From an uncultured bacterium (GTDB lineage: Bacteria; Verrucomicrobiota; Kiritimatiellia; RFP12; UBA1067), in contig CADCOC010000003.1 in the NCBI GenBank assembly GCA_902802945.1, positions 1,089-65,088 on the forward strand: a DNA stretch of 64,000 nucleotides, written 5' to 3'. The number at the start of each line of letters is the position of its first letter. Positions within the stretch are counted from its first letter, which is position 1. Positions 19,158-27,194 of this stretch are shown one piece after another. The notes under the pieces are model-generated. The model had not been told where the DNA came from and did not search any database. It saw nothing but the letters and a program-made list of their open reading frames with translations. A program made the position numbers and the translations under genes.

Positions 19158-20240
19158 ATGGCAAAGAAGATCATGAAGGTTCCCATCGGGATTCCGGTGC
19201 TGGATGACAAGTTCTCCGGTATCTACGTCGGCCATGTGACGTTTCTGACGGGTGCCTCGGGCGAAGGCCGCGAAGTGGCCGCGGGCGCGGTGCTGAACAG
19301 CTACTACCGGCTGGATGAGCCGGTCCTTGCCGTCTTCGCCGAGTCCGATGACCGTATCGCACTGCGGGCGCGCGAAGTCGGCTACGATCTGGAGAAGGCC
19401 ACTGAAATCGGCGCGCTCTCGATCCACTACCATGCCTACAAGCCGGATGAGGATCTGTCCGTTAGGGAATCGCTTGAGGAAATCATCGCGGAGGCCCGCC
19501 GCATCTCGGTGTCCGTCCTCTTCATCCAGGACGCCCGCCCCTGGCTAGAAGTCCATCCCGTTTCCGCCGTTCCAGAGTGCGTCGCGGAATTCATCTCGAC
19601 ACTCGAGGGGTCCGGGCTTACCACCATCGTGGCCTTGCCGGAACCCGTCTCCGCCGCCGCGAAGAAGGTGTGGGAGGAGATGAAGAACAAGGCCTCGATC
19701 GCAATCCAGTTCCACCGTGACAGGCTGGGCAATTACTTCATGAAGGTGCTCACCTACATGGGACTGACGGCGGACGTCCGCCTGCCATACGAGACGCCGC
19801 TGAAGTTCGTGCCGCGGAAAGGGTTCGTGAAGGACGTGGAGTCCGAGGCAGTCCCAATGTCGTCGGGCGAATTCAATACTCCTACGGAACGAAAGGAGGC
19901 GCCGACGGCCACAGTGTCATTCTCCCATGGGGCAGAACCGGCGATGATGGACATGACGCAGTCCATACTCGGCCAGATTTCGAATCTCGTATCGCCGCCC
20001 GCGCCCAACCCCGCGCCCAACCCCGTACCCGTCCCCGCGCCCGTACCCGCGCCCAACCCCGCGCCCGTACCTGCGCCCGTACCCGCGCCCGCACCCGCGC
20101 CCAACCCCGCGCCTGTGCCCAACCCCGCGCCCGCGCCCGAAAGGGAAAGCGGTACGAAATATTCGTTCGCTGCTGCCGAGACAGAAACGAAAAAACGCAT
20201 AAAATATTCGTTCGCCGCTGCAATGAAGGAGGAAAATTGA
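19158..20240 (+). CDS. RecA/KaiC-superfamily-like protein with degenerate Walker A, Pro-rich linker and duplicated C-terminal KYSFAAA motif
   Basis: ATG 19158 abuts the upstream TAA and is preceded by RBS GGGGAGGAGG. The N-terminus IPVLDDKFSGIYVGHVTFLTGASGEGRE resembles the KaiC/RadA P-loop context but lacks GK[ST]. VLFIQD is Walker-B-like. A PAPNPAPV-type linker follows, then two KYSFAAA motifs. Confidence 0.5.
   Translation: MAKKIMKVPIGIPVLDDKFSGIYVGHVTFLTGASGEGREVAAGAVLNSYYRLDEPVLAVFAESDDRIALRAREVGYDLEKATEIGALSIHYHAYKPDEDLSVRESLEEIIAEARRISVSVLFIQDARPWLEVHPVSAVPECVAEFISTLEGSGLTTIVALPEPVSAAAKKVWEEMKNKASIAIQFHRDRLGNYFMKVLTYMGLTADVRLPYETPLKFVPRKGFVKDVESEAVPMSSGEFNTPTERKEAPTATVSFSHGAEPAMMDMTQSILGQISNLVSPPAPNPAPNPVPVPAPVPAPNPAPVPAPVPAPAPAPNPAPVPNPAPAPERESGTKYSFAAAETETKKRIKYSFAAAMKEEN
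19996..20137 (+). repeat. coding 12-bp-type tandem repeat (cccgcgccc-aac/gta) specifying the (P-A-P-N/V)n linker
   Basis: Visible iteration of cccgcgcccaac / cccgcgcccgta units, translating to PPAPNPAPNPVPVPAPVPAPNPAPVPAPVPAPAPAPNPAPVPNPAPAP. Confidence 0.8.
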
Positions 20241-20241
20241 T

Positions 20242-21072
20242 ATGTACAAGAAATACTGGAATCTCAGGGAAGCGCCGTTCATCAATTCATACAACCCTCG
20301 GCAACTCTACCTCTCGAGTCAGTTCGAGGAAGGCGTGGCACGGCTCTTCTATCTGGTTTCGGAAGGACGGGTCGCCGGTGTCCTCACCGGTCAGTTCGGC
20401 ATGGGCAAGTCCTTTCTCCTGTCCAACCTGACCGAGCGCATCGCCCAGGCGGGCATTCCGTACATCCGCATCGACGCCATCCCCAAGGGGCACCTCGCGC
20501 TGCTGCGCCATGTCATCGCCGGCCTGGGCGTAAAGGGGACGGTCGCCTCAGTTGCGGACGGCCTCATGACGCTCCAGGAGCTCTCCCGCAAGCCGGGCGC
20601 CCTGAAACGTCACGCGATTCTCATCGACGAGGCGCAGTATCTGGGTGATGACGACGGGCTCTACCTCATCCACTACCTGTGCAACCTGCGCCTGGCCTCC
20701 AACGACGGACGCGAACAGCAGTTCGCCACGGTCATCATGGCCGGCATTCCAGAGCTTCTGGACATGGTGCGTTCCTATCAGTCCCTGCGCGCCAGGGTGC
20801 AGCTTACCTGGACGCTTGCCCCCCTCACGCTCAGCGAGACCATCGAGTTCGTCCAGCACAAGATCATGGCGGCGGGCGGCGACATGTGGATCTTCAACCA
20901 TGAGGCCCTGACCGAGCTTTACCGCCTTTCCGGCGGCGTGCCCAGAAGTATCACCAACATCTGCGACACCGCGCTGATGCTCGGCTATGTGGTCAAGGCA
21001 CCCGAGATAGACGCCGTGATCGTGCGGCAGGCGGCTGAGGACGTGGACATCCTGCCGAAGGAGGAGGGTTGA
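20242..21072 (+). CDS. ExeA/GspA/MshM-type AAA+ ATPase
   Basis: RBS AAGGAGG. The N-terminus YWNLREAPF, Walker A GQFGMGKS and Walker B ILIDEAQ match the GspA/ExeA family, which includes the ATPase subfamily found in PEP-CTERM exopolysaccharide loci. Confidence 0.75.
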   Translation: MYKKYWNLREAPFINSYNPRQLYLSSQFEEGVARLFYLVSEGRVAGVLTGQFGMGKSFLLSNLTERIAQAGIPYIRIDAIPKGHLALLRHVIAGLGVKGTVASVADGLMTLQELSRKPGALKRHAILIDEAQYLGDDDGLYLIHYLCNLRLASNDGREQQFATVIMAGIPELLDMVRSYQSLRARVQLTWTLAPLTLSETIEFVQHKIMAAGGDMWIFNHEALTELYRLSGGVPRSITNICDTALMLGYVVKAPEIDAVIVRQAAEDVDILPKEEG

Positions 21073-21077
21073 CCGAT

Positions 21078-21425
21078 ATGAAGGACTTGCTTCAGAACGA
21101 CCTTTTCCATATTGTGTTCGGCATTCTTGCCGCCATCTTCCTTCTGAGCGCGTTGGTAAACGCAATCCGCTCGCGCATCCGTAGCAACCGGCGCGAGACC
21201 GTCCACATCATCAAGGACAACGGCAACACGGGCAACGAGGACGCTCCCGTAAAGCTGGAAAACCCCTTTGCCGCTGTGGAACCTACGGCAGCGGCTCCAA
21301 CACCCGCACCGCCCCTAGCCCAGACGCCCGTTCCGGCATCCGCAACTGTCGCCGCCGCCGACAATCCCACGGACCTGTCCGTCAAAGCACCGGCCGATGA
21401 CGACGAGGAGTACGAGTGGCGATGA
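21078..21425 (+). CDS. small single-pass membrane protein with Pro/Ala-rich acidic tail
   Basis: RBS GAGGAGGG lies 9 nt upstream of ATG 21078. TM helix FHIVFGILAAIFLLSALVNAI. No recognisable family. The gene overlaps the next gene by 10 nt. Confidence 0.45.
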   Translation: MKDLLQNDLFHIVFGILAAIFLLSALVNAIRSRIRSNRRETVHIIKDNGNTGNEDAPVKLENPFAAVEPTAAAPTPAPPLAQTPVPASATVAAADNPTDLSVKAPADDDEEYEWR

Positions 21426-23236
21426 TCTTCCAAAGGGCTATGAAAGGGCTTCTGTCGCCCGTCTGCGCCCTCGCAGCCCTGGTGGTACCGGCCGCCGTGT
21501 CGTCGCTAGAGTGGGACTTCGCGAAAACGGCGGAGGATCGGGTCTTCGTGGACGTGAAGCCGACGCCATTCCGCCCCGGCGTTCCGGCGGGCGCCATCGC
21601 GCTCGACATCAAGCTTTTCGAGGGGGCCGCTTCCGTCAGGGCCGCAACGTTCCACTTGAAAATCGGCGGAGACTGGCTTGCCGCCGCCCAAGTTGACACT
21701 GCCGCGCTCGCCACGTCGCGCCTGCGCGTTCCGTTCGGGAACTTCACGCCGCCCGTTGGCGATGAGCCGAAGATAGAAGAGGTGCGCGTGAGCGTATGGC
21801 GCTCGCCTTCGCCCGGTGCGGGCAGGCTCGCCTTCAGCTCCATCTCGCTCGCCCCCGTCTCTGAAATCGCCGTTCTGTCGGGTCCGGCAGGTTCGTGGAT
21901 GGAAACTCTTGCGTACCGTGTAGCCACCACGCTCTCCCGCAGCCGGCTTGATTGTGACCTCCATCCCTCCGTTTCCGCCGCCGTGAAGTCCGCCCCGCAG
22001 CTCGTTATCGTACCCGACGCCTCGTCGCTCCCCGCCAACGATGCCGAGCTCCTCGCCGGGTTTATTCGCAAGGGCGGCCGCGCCGTCGTCTATTATTCGG
22101 CCAACCCCGTCCTCTCTGAGGCGTTCGGTCTGCGGCCCGGTGCCTGGCATGGCGGACAGCCGTGGTGCGCCATCAAGCCCCTCGACGAGGCCATTCCGCC
22201 ATATCCCCACAGCACCGACAACACCATCGTGCCGTTCTTCGACGGCTCGGCTTCCGCCAAGGTGGTGGCCCGGTTCCTCTCTCCCAACGGCGCGGCCATT
22301 TTGCCGGCCGTGACGCTCACGCCCGCCGGTGCATGGTTCTCGCACATCCCTCCGCTTCCATCGCCCGCAGCGGCAATGCACCTCAGGAGTGTCGTACGGA
22401 AGGTGTTGCCCAACATGGCCTGCCAGGATCTTCCTGATCCAATGAAGCCCATCTCTGCCACGGAACTCGCCAAGTTCAAGTTGCGCGGGGCATGGCTGCA
22501 GAATCCTCCCGGCTTTTCTGGTGGAATGCCGGCGTTGCCGGAATGGATGAAGAGGCACGGCCTTAATGCGCTCTTCGTCCGCCGCGAAGCGCTGGGCTCT
22601 GGGGAGACCGGCGTCAGGCGATTTTTCAGGATGGCCGACAAAGCGGGCGTCGGCGTCCATCTCTGGCTCAATGCGTTCGAACCTTCTTCGGACGGCCGGT
22701 GGACCGTTCCCCATGGCGGAGAAGCACGCGGCAGGCGCGTGCAGGAGCTTCTGGAGTCTATTCCGCAGGATGTCGCCGGCGTCCAGCTCGATTACGTGCG
22801 CTTGCCGTCCGCCGAGGAAGCGACCGCCGAGAAGATGAACGACATCTCGCTTTTCGTCCGGACTTTCTCGCGGATGTTTCGCAGCGCGCGTCCGGGCTGC
22901 GTGCTTTCCGCTGCGGTGTTCCCCACCCCCGAAGCGGCGGCGAAGCGTGGCCAGGACTGGCCCCGGTGGGTGAAGGAGGAGTGGGTGGATTTCGTCTCGC
23001 CCATGATCTACACCGAGTCACCGGCCGCCTTCAAACGCGACCTTGCGCTGTGCAAGGCGGCGGCGCCGGCGTCCGCCCTCGTCCCGGGAATCGCCGCCTG
23101 CGCGGACGAGGCGAGTCCCGACCGGGACTCCGTACGTGCGCAGCTCGAGGCGGCGGGCGCCCTGAAGGGCGTTTCCTTCTTCGCCCTCGACTGGGCACTG
23201 GGCGCGCTGTGCGGCTATACGGACGTCAAACCATGA
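21416..23236 (+). CDS. secreted protein with C-terminal glycoside-hydrolase-like TIM-barrel (GHL10/YngK-like) domain
   Basis: Signal peptide (LLSPVCALAALVVPAAVSS). The C-terminal half carries patterns recalled from GHL10-type proteins: GLNALFVR, GVGVHLWLNAF, GVQLDYVRLP, VDFVSPMIYT. The family call is tentative. Confidence 0.45.
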   Translation: MAMIFQRAMKGLLSPVCALAALVVPAAVSSLEWDFAKTAEDRVFVDVKPTPFRPGVPAGAIALDIKLFEGAASVRAATFHLKIGGDWLAAAQVDTAALATSRLRVPFGNFTPPVGDEPKIEEVRVSVWRSPSPGAGRLAFSSISLAPVSEIAVLSGPAGSWMETLAYRVATTLSRSRLDCDLHPSVSAAVKSAPQLVIVPDASSLPANDAELLAGFIRKGGRAVVYYSANPVLSEAFGLRPGAWHGGQPWCAIKPLDEAIPPYPHSTDNTIVPFFDGSASAKVVARFLSPNGAAILPAVTLTPAGAWFSHIPPLPSPAAAMHLRSVVRKVLPNMACQDLPDPMKPISATELAKFKLRGAWLQNPPGFSGGMPALPEWMKRHGLNALFVRREALGSGETGVRRFFRMADKAGVGVHLWLNAFEPSSDGRWTVPHGGEARGRRVQELLESIPQDVAGVQLDYVRLPSAEEATAEKMNDISLFVRTFSRMFRSARPGCVLSAAVFPTPEAAAKRGQDWPRWVKEEWVDFVSPMIYTESPAAFKRDLALCKAAAPASALVPGIAACADEASPDRDSVRAQLEAAGALKGVSFFALDWALGALCGYTDVKP

Positions 23237-23261
23237 TCCAACAAACAACTACAACTACAGC

Positions 23262-23777
23262 ATGGAGAAGTGCCAAATGAACGATACGAAAGAAGACATC
23301 CCAATGGGCGATGCAGAGTGGCAGAAGGTCGTCAAGTCCATTCCCGTCGTCTGCGATATCACCGAGACGACCGCCGAAGGCGTCGTCCGCCAGGTTCTTA
23401 AGGCCGTTTTCGAGAAGAACGGCTTGCCCATGGACAATCTCGACGCCATGGTCTCGACCGTCATCGCGCACTCTCTGGGCGACATCAGCTTTGCTGCGAT
23501 GCACGGCCTTGCAATTCCACACGGATACGTCTCCGGATTGGAGAAGATGCTGGTGGGCATTGGCATTTTGCGACACGGCTGTTCGATTGATTTCAACGCC
23601 ATAGACGGCTCAAAATCGCACATCTTCTTCGTGATCGTCTGCTCCAGTCACAACCATTCGGAATACCGTAAGTTCCTGGCGCGATTGTGCAGATCCCTCA
23701 TTTCCGACGACATGGTATCCCGCCTTGCCTCCGTTTCCACCTGCAATGATTTAGTGGCCTTGCTCAGCAGCCATTAG
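23262..23777 (+). CDS. PTS EIIA-2 (PtsN/EIIA-Ntr-like) domain protein
   Basis: Active-site context HGLAIPHG and the overall EIIA-2 layout (...SHIFFVIVCS...FLARLCRSL...). No EIIB or EIIC gene is nearby. Confidence 0.6.
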   Translation: MEKCQMNDTKEDIPMGDAEWQKVVKSIPVVCDITETTAEGVVRQVLKAVFEKNGLPMDNLDAMVSTVIAHSLGDISFAAMHGLAIPHGYVSGLEKMLVGIGILRHGCSIDFNAIDGSKSHIFFVIVCSSHNHSEYRKFLARLCRSLISDDMVSRLASVSTCNDLVALLSSH

Positions 23778-23804
23778 CAGCCAGTCCCCCTACAGTACTC
23801 TTTA

Positions 23805-24316
23805 CCTAAAATCCTCATTCCGATTTACCACTCCATGTTATATCTCACGCAGAGGCGCGGAGAGGCAGAGAGCGCAGAGAAAAATCTTCTTGCTTTCGCT
23901 ACTGGGGGTTTTTGAGGCTTGGAGGATTTTTATAATTTCCTCCCAATCTCCCAGTCTCCCAATAGCGAAAGCAAGAAACTTAACCTAAACGTCGCAGTTG
24001 GATTCTAGTATTTTAGCCGCAAAGAACGCAAAGGTCGCAAAGTACATTGTAATGTGTAATTTATTGCGAATTATCCAGATCTGTCTTCTGTTTTTAGCTT
24101 TCACCAATTGGGTGAATTGCCGTACAGAAAGAACGGCAATTATAATCTATAAAAACATCCTTTCTTTGTGTTCTTTGCGTTCTTTGCGGCTAAGAAACAA
24201 GAAGGACGTTTGTTCAACTGCGATTTTTAGGCTTAAGCAACAGACTTTTTGGAAAAATCTCTGCGCTCTCCGCCTCTCTGCGCCTCTGCGTGAGACTTTC
24301 AACCGAGGATTTTAGG
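23805..24316. repeat. mosaic of nested palindromes (REP/MITE-like) filling a convergent intergenic region
   Basis: Outer arms: cctaaaatcctc (23805-23816) / gaggattttagg (24305-24316). Second arms: 23844-23886 / 24252-24294 (ctcacgcagaggcgc...gcgcagagaaaaatc and its complement). Hairpin at 23889-23975 (cttgctttcgctactggg...cccaatagcgaaagcaag). Further arms: gccgcaaagaacgcaaag (from 24016) / ctttgcgttctttgcggc (to 24190). Core hairpin ttgccgt-N9-acggcaa at 24117-24139. Confidence 0.85.
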
Positions 24317-24317
24317 A

Positions 24318-27194
24318 TCAATTGCGGAGGGGTGGAGTAGAAATGGCCTTGCCAAGGGTGGCGGTCGTGATGGGTTTGAGAAGTATGCCGTTGAATCCCA
24401 TGTCGGCGCACGTCACCCGCGATTCCACGTCGGCCGTCACTGCGATGACGCGCAGAGACGCAAGCGCAGGATTGGCGCGAATGGCGTGGATCAGACCCGC
24501 ACCATCCAGATTCGGCATCCACATGTCCGTCAGGACGAGGTCAAATGCCTTTGCACCCTGCTCTTCCAGCACCTTGAGCGCCTCCTGCCCGTCAGACGCC
24601 ATGGCGATCTCGAAATCGCCCATGTTCTTCAGAAGCGCCTTGAGGACCATGAGGTTCATCTTCGAGTCGTCCACAAGGAGGATCCTGTGCGGCATTTGCT
24701 CGGGAAGGGTGCTCTGCTGAGCGTCCGCTGGCGGATTGACGCGCTCCTGCGCGTCCGGCTTTGACTTCGCGATTTTCACGTTCGGAATGAACACCGAGAA
24801 CGTGGAACCTACGCCGGGGGTTGATTCCACCTCCAACCCGCCGCCCATGGCCGCCACGAGCTGCTTGCAGATGGCGAGGCCGAGTCCCGTACCGCCGTTG
24901 CGGGAGATCTTGGAACCGACTTGGACGTATGCCGAGCCGATGCGCTTCAGATCCTCCTCGCTGATGCCGCAGCCGGTATCTTCGATCTCCAGTCGCAGCA
25001 CGCCAGTGTCCGCGTCTTTTCGTCGCTCGAAGCTGGCATGGAGCTCCACGTACCCCTTTTCGGTGAACTTGACGGCATTGCCGACGAGGTTAAACATGAT
25101 CTGGCGCAGGCGCTGCGGGTCGAGCATCAGAAGGGGCATCTCCTCGGCACGGCACCTTAGCTCGACGCCCGGCCTACCGCTGGAGGCGCGGAACGACTCC
25201 ATCACGACGCGCATAAGACGGGAACAGTCCGTGGGTTCGGGGAGTATCTCCATCTTTCCGCTTTCCAGCTTCGAGAGGTCCAGCACGTCGTTGACTAGTC
25301 CCAGCAGGGTCTTGCAGCTCATGAGGATGGAGTCGATCGCCTCCTTGCGCTCGGCCTCGGTCTTGAAACCGGATTCGAGCATCGTCGAGTAGCCGATGAT
25401 GGCGTTGAGTGGCGTGCGGATATCATGGCTGACGGTGGAGAAGAAATAGCTTTTGGCTGCGGCCTTCTCCTGCTCCATGTCGCGTTCACGGCGACGAAGG
25501 ATCGCGTAGAGGCCGAACATGAGGGCAAGGGCAAAGAGGTTGAGCCCGGTCTGGACGAGATTGCTGCGGAAGATTGAACCTTCCACATTGGACAGGTTCT
25601 TCCGCAGGGTGGCGTGCCATTCGCCGTCGTCCCTGGACGTGCGGTTCGCGGCGTCTCGGTTGATGATGGCGTCGAATGCCGTTTCCGTCGTCTCGTGGGT
25701 CGTCTGGCGTATCCACATCACCGACAGGATCATGATGATCACGAAGAGGGAAATCCATGCGACGGAAGACCTGCCGAAGCGGTGCGTGCTGTCGCGGTGG
25801 AAGACGGTGATGAAGGTGGCGAGGGCGGCAATGCACCAGATGATCAGGACGAGGTAGGACTCCGTGGCGATCAGGGTGGTGTCGAACGCCATGAACGGCA
25901 TGACGAAGAGGAAGATGACCGCGATTGAAATAGCAAGTCCGAGGAGGCCCGTCGCCTGCGTGCGCTTGTTGCCCTCCTTGCGCGCGATCTTGAACGCCGC
26001 AGCCGAGGTGTAGGCGTAGGCCACCGCCGCGCCGAGGATCGAGATGTCCACGACGACGCCGATGACCGCCCGCCCCAGCGGCACCACGAGGGCGACCAGC
26101 GCCGCGACGGCGAGAACGGCGTTGCGCGGGACGCCGTCCGCGTTCCTCCCTCCCAGGAACGACGGCAACGCGTTGTCGTCCGCCATCGCCGCCACCAGGC
26201 GGCTCACCGCCACGGTGTTGCCGACGAGGTTCGTGAAGATGGCGCCGACCAGCGTAAGGCCGATGACGACCCCGCCCGCCTTCCCGAGAAAACGGCGGGC
26301 CACATCAAACGCATGGTAGTCGGGCTCGCTTCCGGAGTTGGCCAAGTCGGCCACGGCGCCAGTCCAGCCGGCAGAAGAGGCGTCGCCGAACGAGAGAACC
26401 GGGATGGCGGTCAGAAGCGCGTAGGCGATGACCGACGTGACGAGCGCCGCGAGCATGACCCGGAAGGACTTGCTGACGGGGAACCGGAATTCCGAGGACG
26501 AATTCGAGATGGACTCGAAACCCACGAAGAGCCACGGCGCGATGGCGAGGATGTTCAGGACCTGGAAAAGGCCATGTCCGCGATTGGGGGCGAAAACCGG
26601 GTACATCGTTGCAAGTCCGCCGCTGTGGTTCAGCGCCGCCGCCGCGAAGCAGACGAGGATGCCGGCGGCAAGTACGACCGCCATCACCGTCTGCACGACG
26701 CCCGAAAGGCGGCGGCGGCAGCAGATGGCGGTGGCGACGGCAATGGTGGAGACGGAGAGCAGGATGTCGCCGAGGTAGATGTCGTTTTTCTGGATCGTGT
26801 AGCGGAACCCGAAGCTGAAGACGTCGCCCAGCGTGTAGCGCGCCACGACCACCAGCGCCGTCACGTCAAGGCAGATGATAGCCAAGTAGGCAAAGCCGAG
26901 AAAGACGCCGCAAAGGTATCCGTGGTCGTTGCCAAACGCCTTCGCCGCGTAGGTGTACGATCCGCCCGGTCCCGGCTGTCGGTTGATCATGTAATGGAAG
27001 TTCCACGCGACTACTGTCATCACAAGCCCGCCGATGAGGATGCCGATCACCGTGCCGAGCGGTCCGGCCTTGGGCAGGAAATCGATCCAGGGCATAACGA
27101 AGGCATCGGAACCCACGGCGCAGCCGAAGGCGAGCGCCCACGCACCCAGCATCGAAAGATGCCGCATGGAAGACTTTATCGTGCCATCGTTCAT
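24318..27194 (-). CDS. APC-superfamily permease domain fused to hybrid sensor histidine kinase (HisKA-HATPase-REC)
   Basis: The N-terminal ~470 aa are polytopic with an amino-acid-permease-like start (LSMLGAWALAFGCAVGSDAFVMPW...GPGGSYTYA). Then: H-box FFSTVSHDIRTPLNAIIGY; N/G boxes FNLVGNAVKFT, EDTGCGIS, GGTGLGLAI; receiver LLVDDSKMN...LVLTDMWMPNLDG...LLKPI. Confidence 0.8.
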   Translation of the reverse strand: MNDGTIKSSMRHLSMLGAWALAFGCAVGSDAFVMPWIDFLPKAGPLGTVIGILIGGLVMTVVAWNFHYMINRQPGPGGSYTYAAKAFGNDHGYLCGVFLGFAYLAIICLDVTALVVVARYTLGDVFSFGFRYTIQKNDIYLGDILLSVSTIAVATAICCRRRLSGVVQTVMAVVLAAGILVCFAAAALNHSGGLATMYPVFAPNRGHGLFQVLNILAIAPWLFVGFESISNSSSEFRFPVSKSFRVMLAALVTSVIAYALLTAIPVLSFGDASSAGWTGAVADLANSGSEPDYHAFDVARRFLGKAGGVVIGLTLVGAIFTNLVGNTVAVSRLVAAMADDNALPSFLGGRNADGVPRNAVLAVAALVALVVPLGRAVIGVVVDISILGAAVAYAYTSAAAFKIARKEGNKRTQATGLLGLAISIAVIFLFVMPFMAFDTTLIATESYLVLIIWCIAALATFITVFHRDSTHRFGRSSVAWISLFVIIMILSVMWIRQTTHETTETAFDAIINRDAANRTSRDDGEWHATLRKNLSNVEGSIFRSNLVQTGLNLFALALMFGLYAILRRRERDMEQEKAAAKSYFFSTVSHDIRTPLNAIIGYSTMLESGFKTEAERKEAIDSILMSCKTLLGLVNDVLDLSKLESGKMEILPEPTDCSRLMRVVMESFRASSGRPGVELRCRAEEMPLLMLDPQRLRQIMFNLVGNAVKFTEKGYVELHASFERRKDADTGVLRLEIEDTGCGISEEDLKRIGSAYVQVGSKISRNGGTGLGLAICKQLVAAMGGGLEVESTPGVGSTFSVFIPNVKIAKSKPDAQERVNPPADAQQSTLPEQMPHRILLVDDSKMNLMVLKALLKNMGDFEIAMASDGQEALKVLEEQGAKAFDLVLTDMWMPNLDGAGLIHAIRANPALASLRVIAVTADVESRVTCADMGFNGILLKPITTATLGKAISTPPLRN

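Noticed and set aside
23998-24315. ORF 23998..24315 (105 aa) and ORF 24214..24522(-) as small genes between the EIIA and kinase genes.
   Set aside because: They lie wholly within the nested palindromic repeat mosaic, have low-complexity translations and have no RBS.
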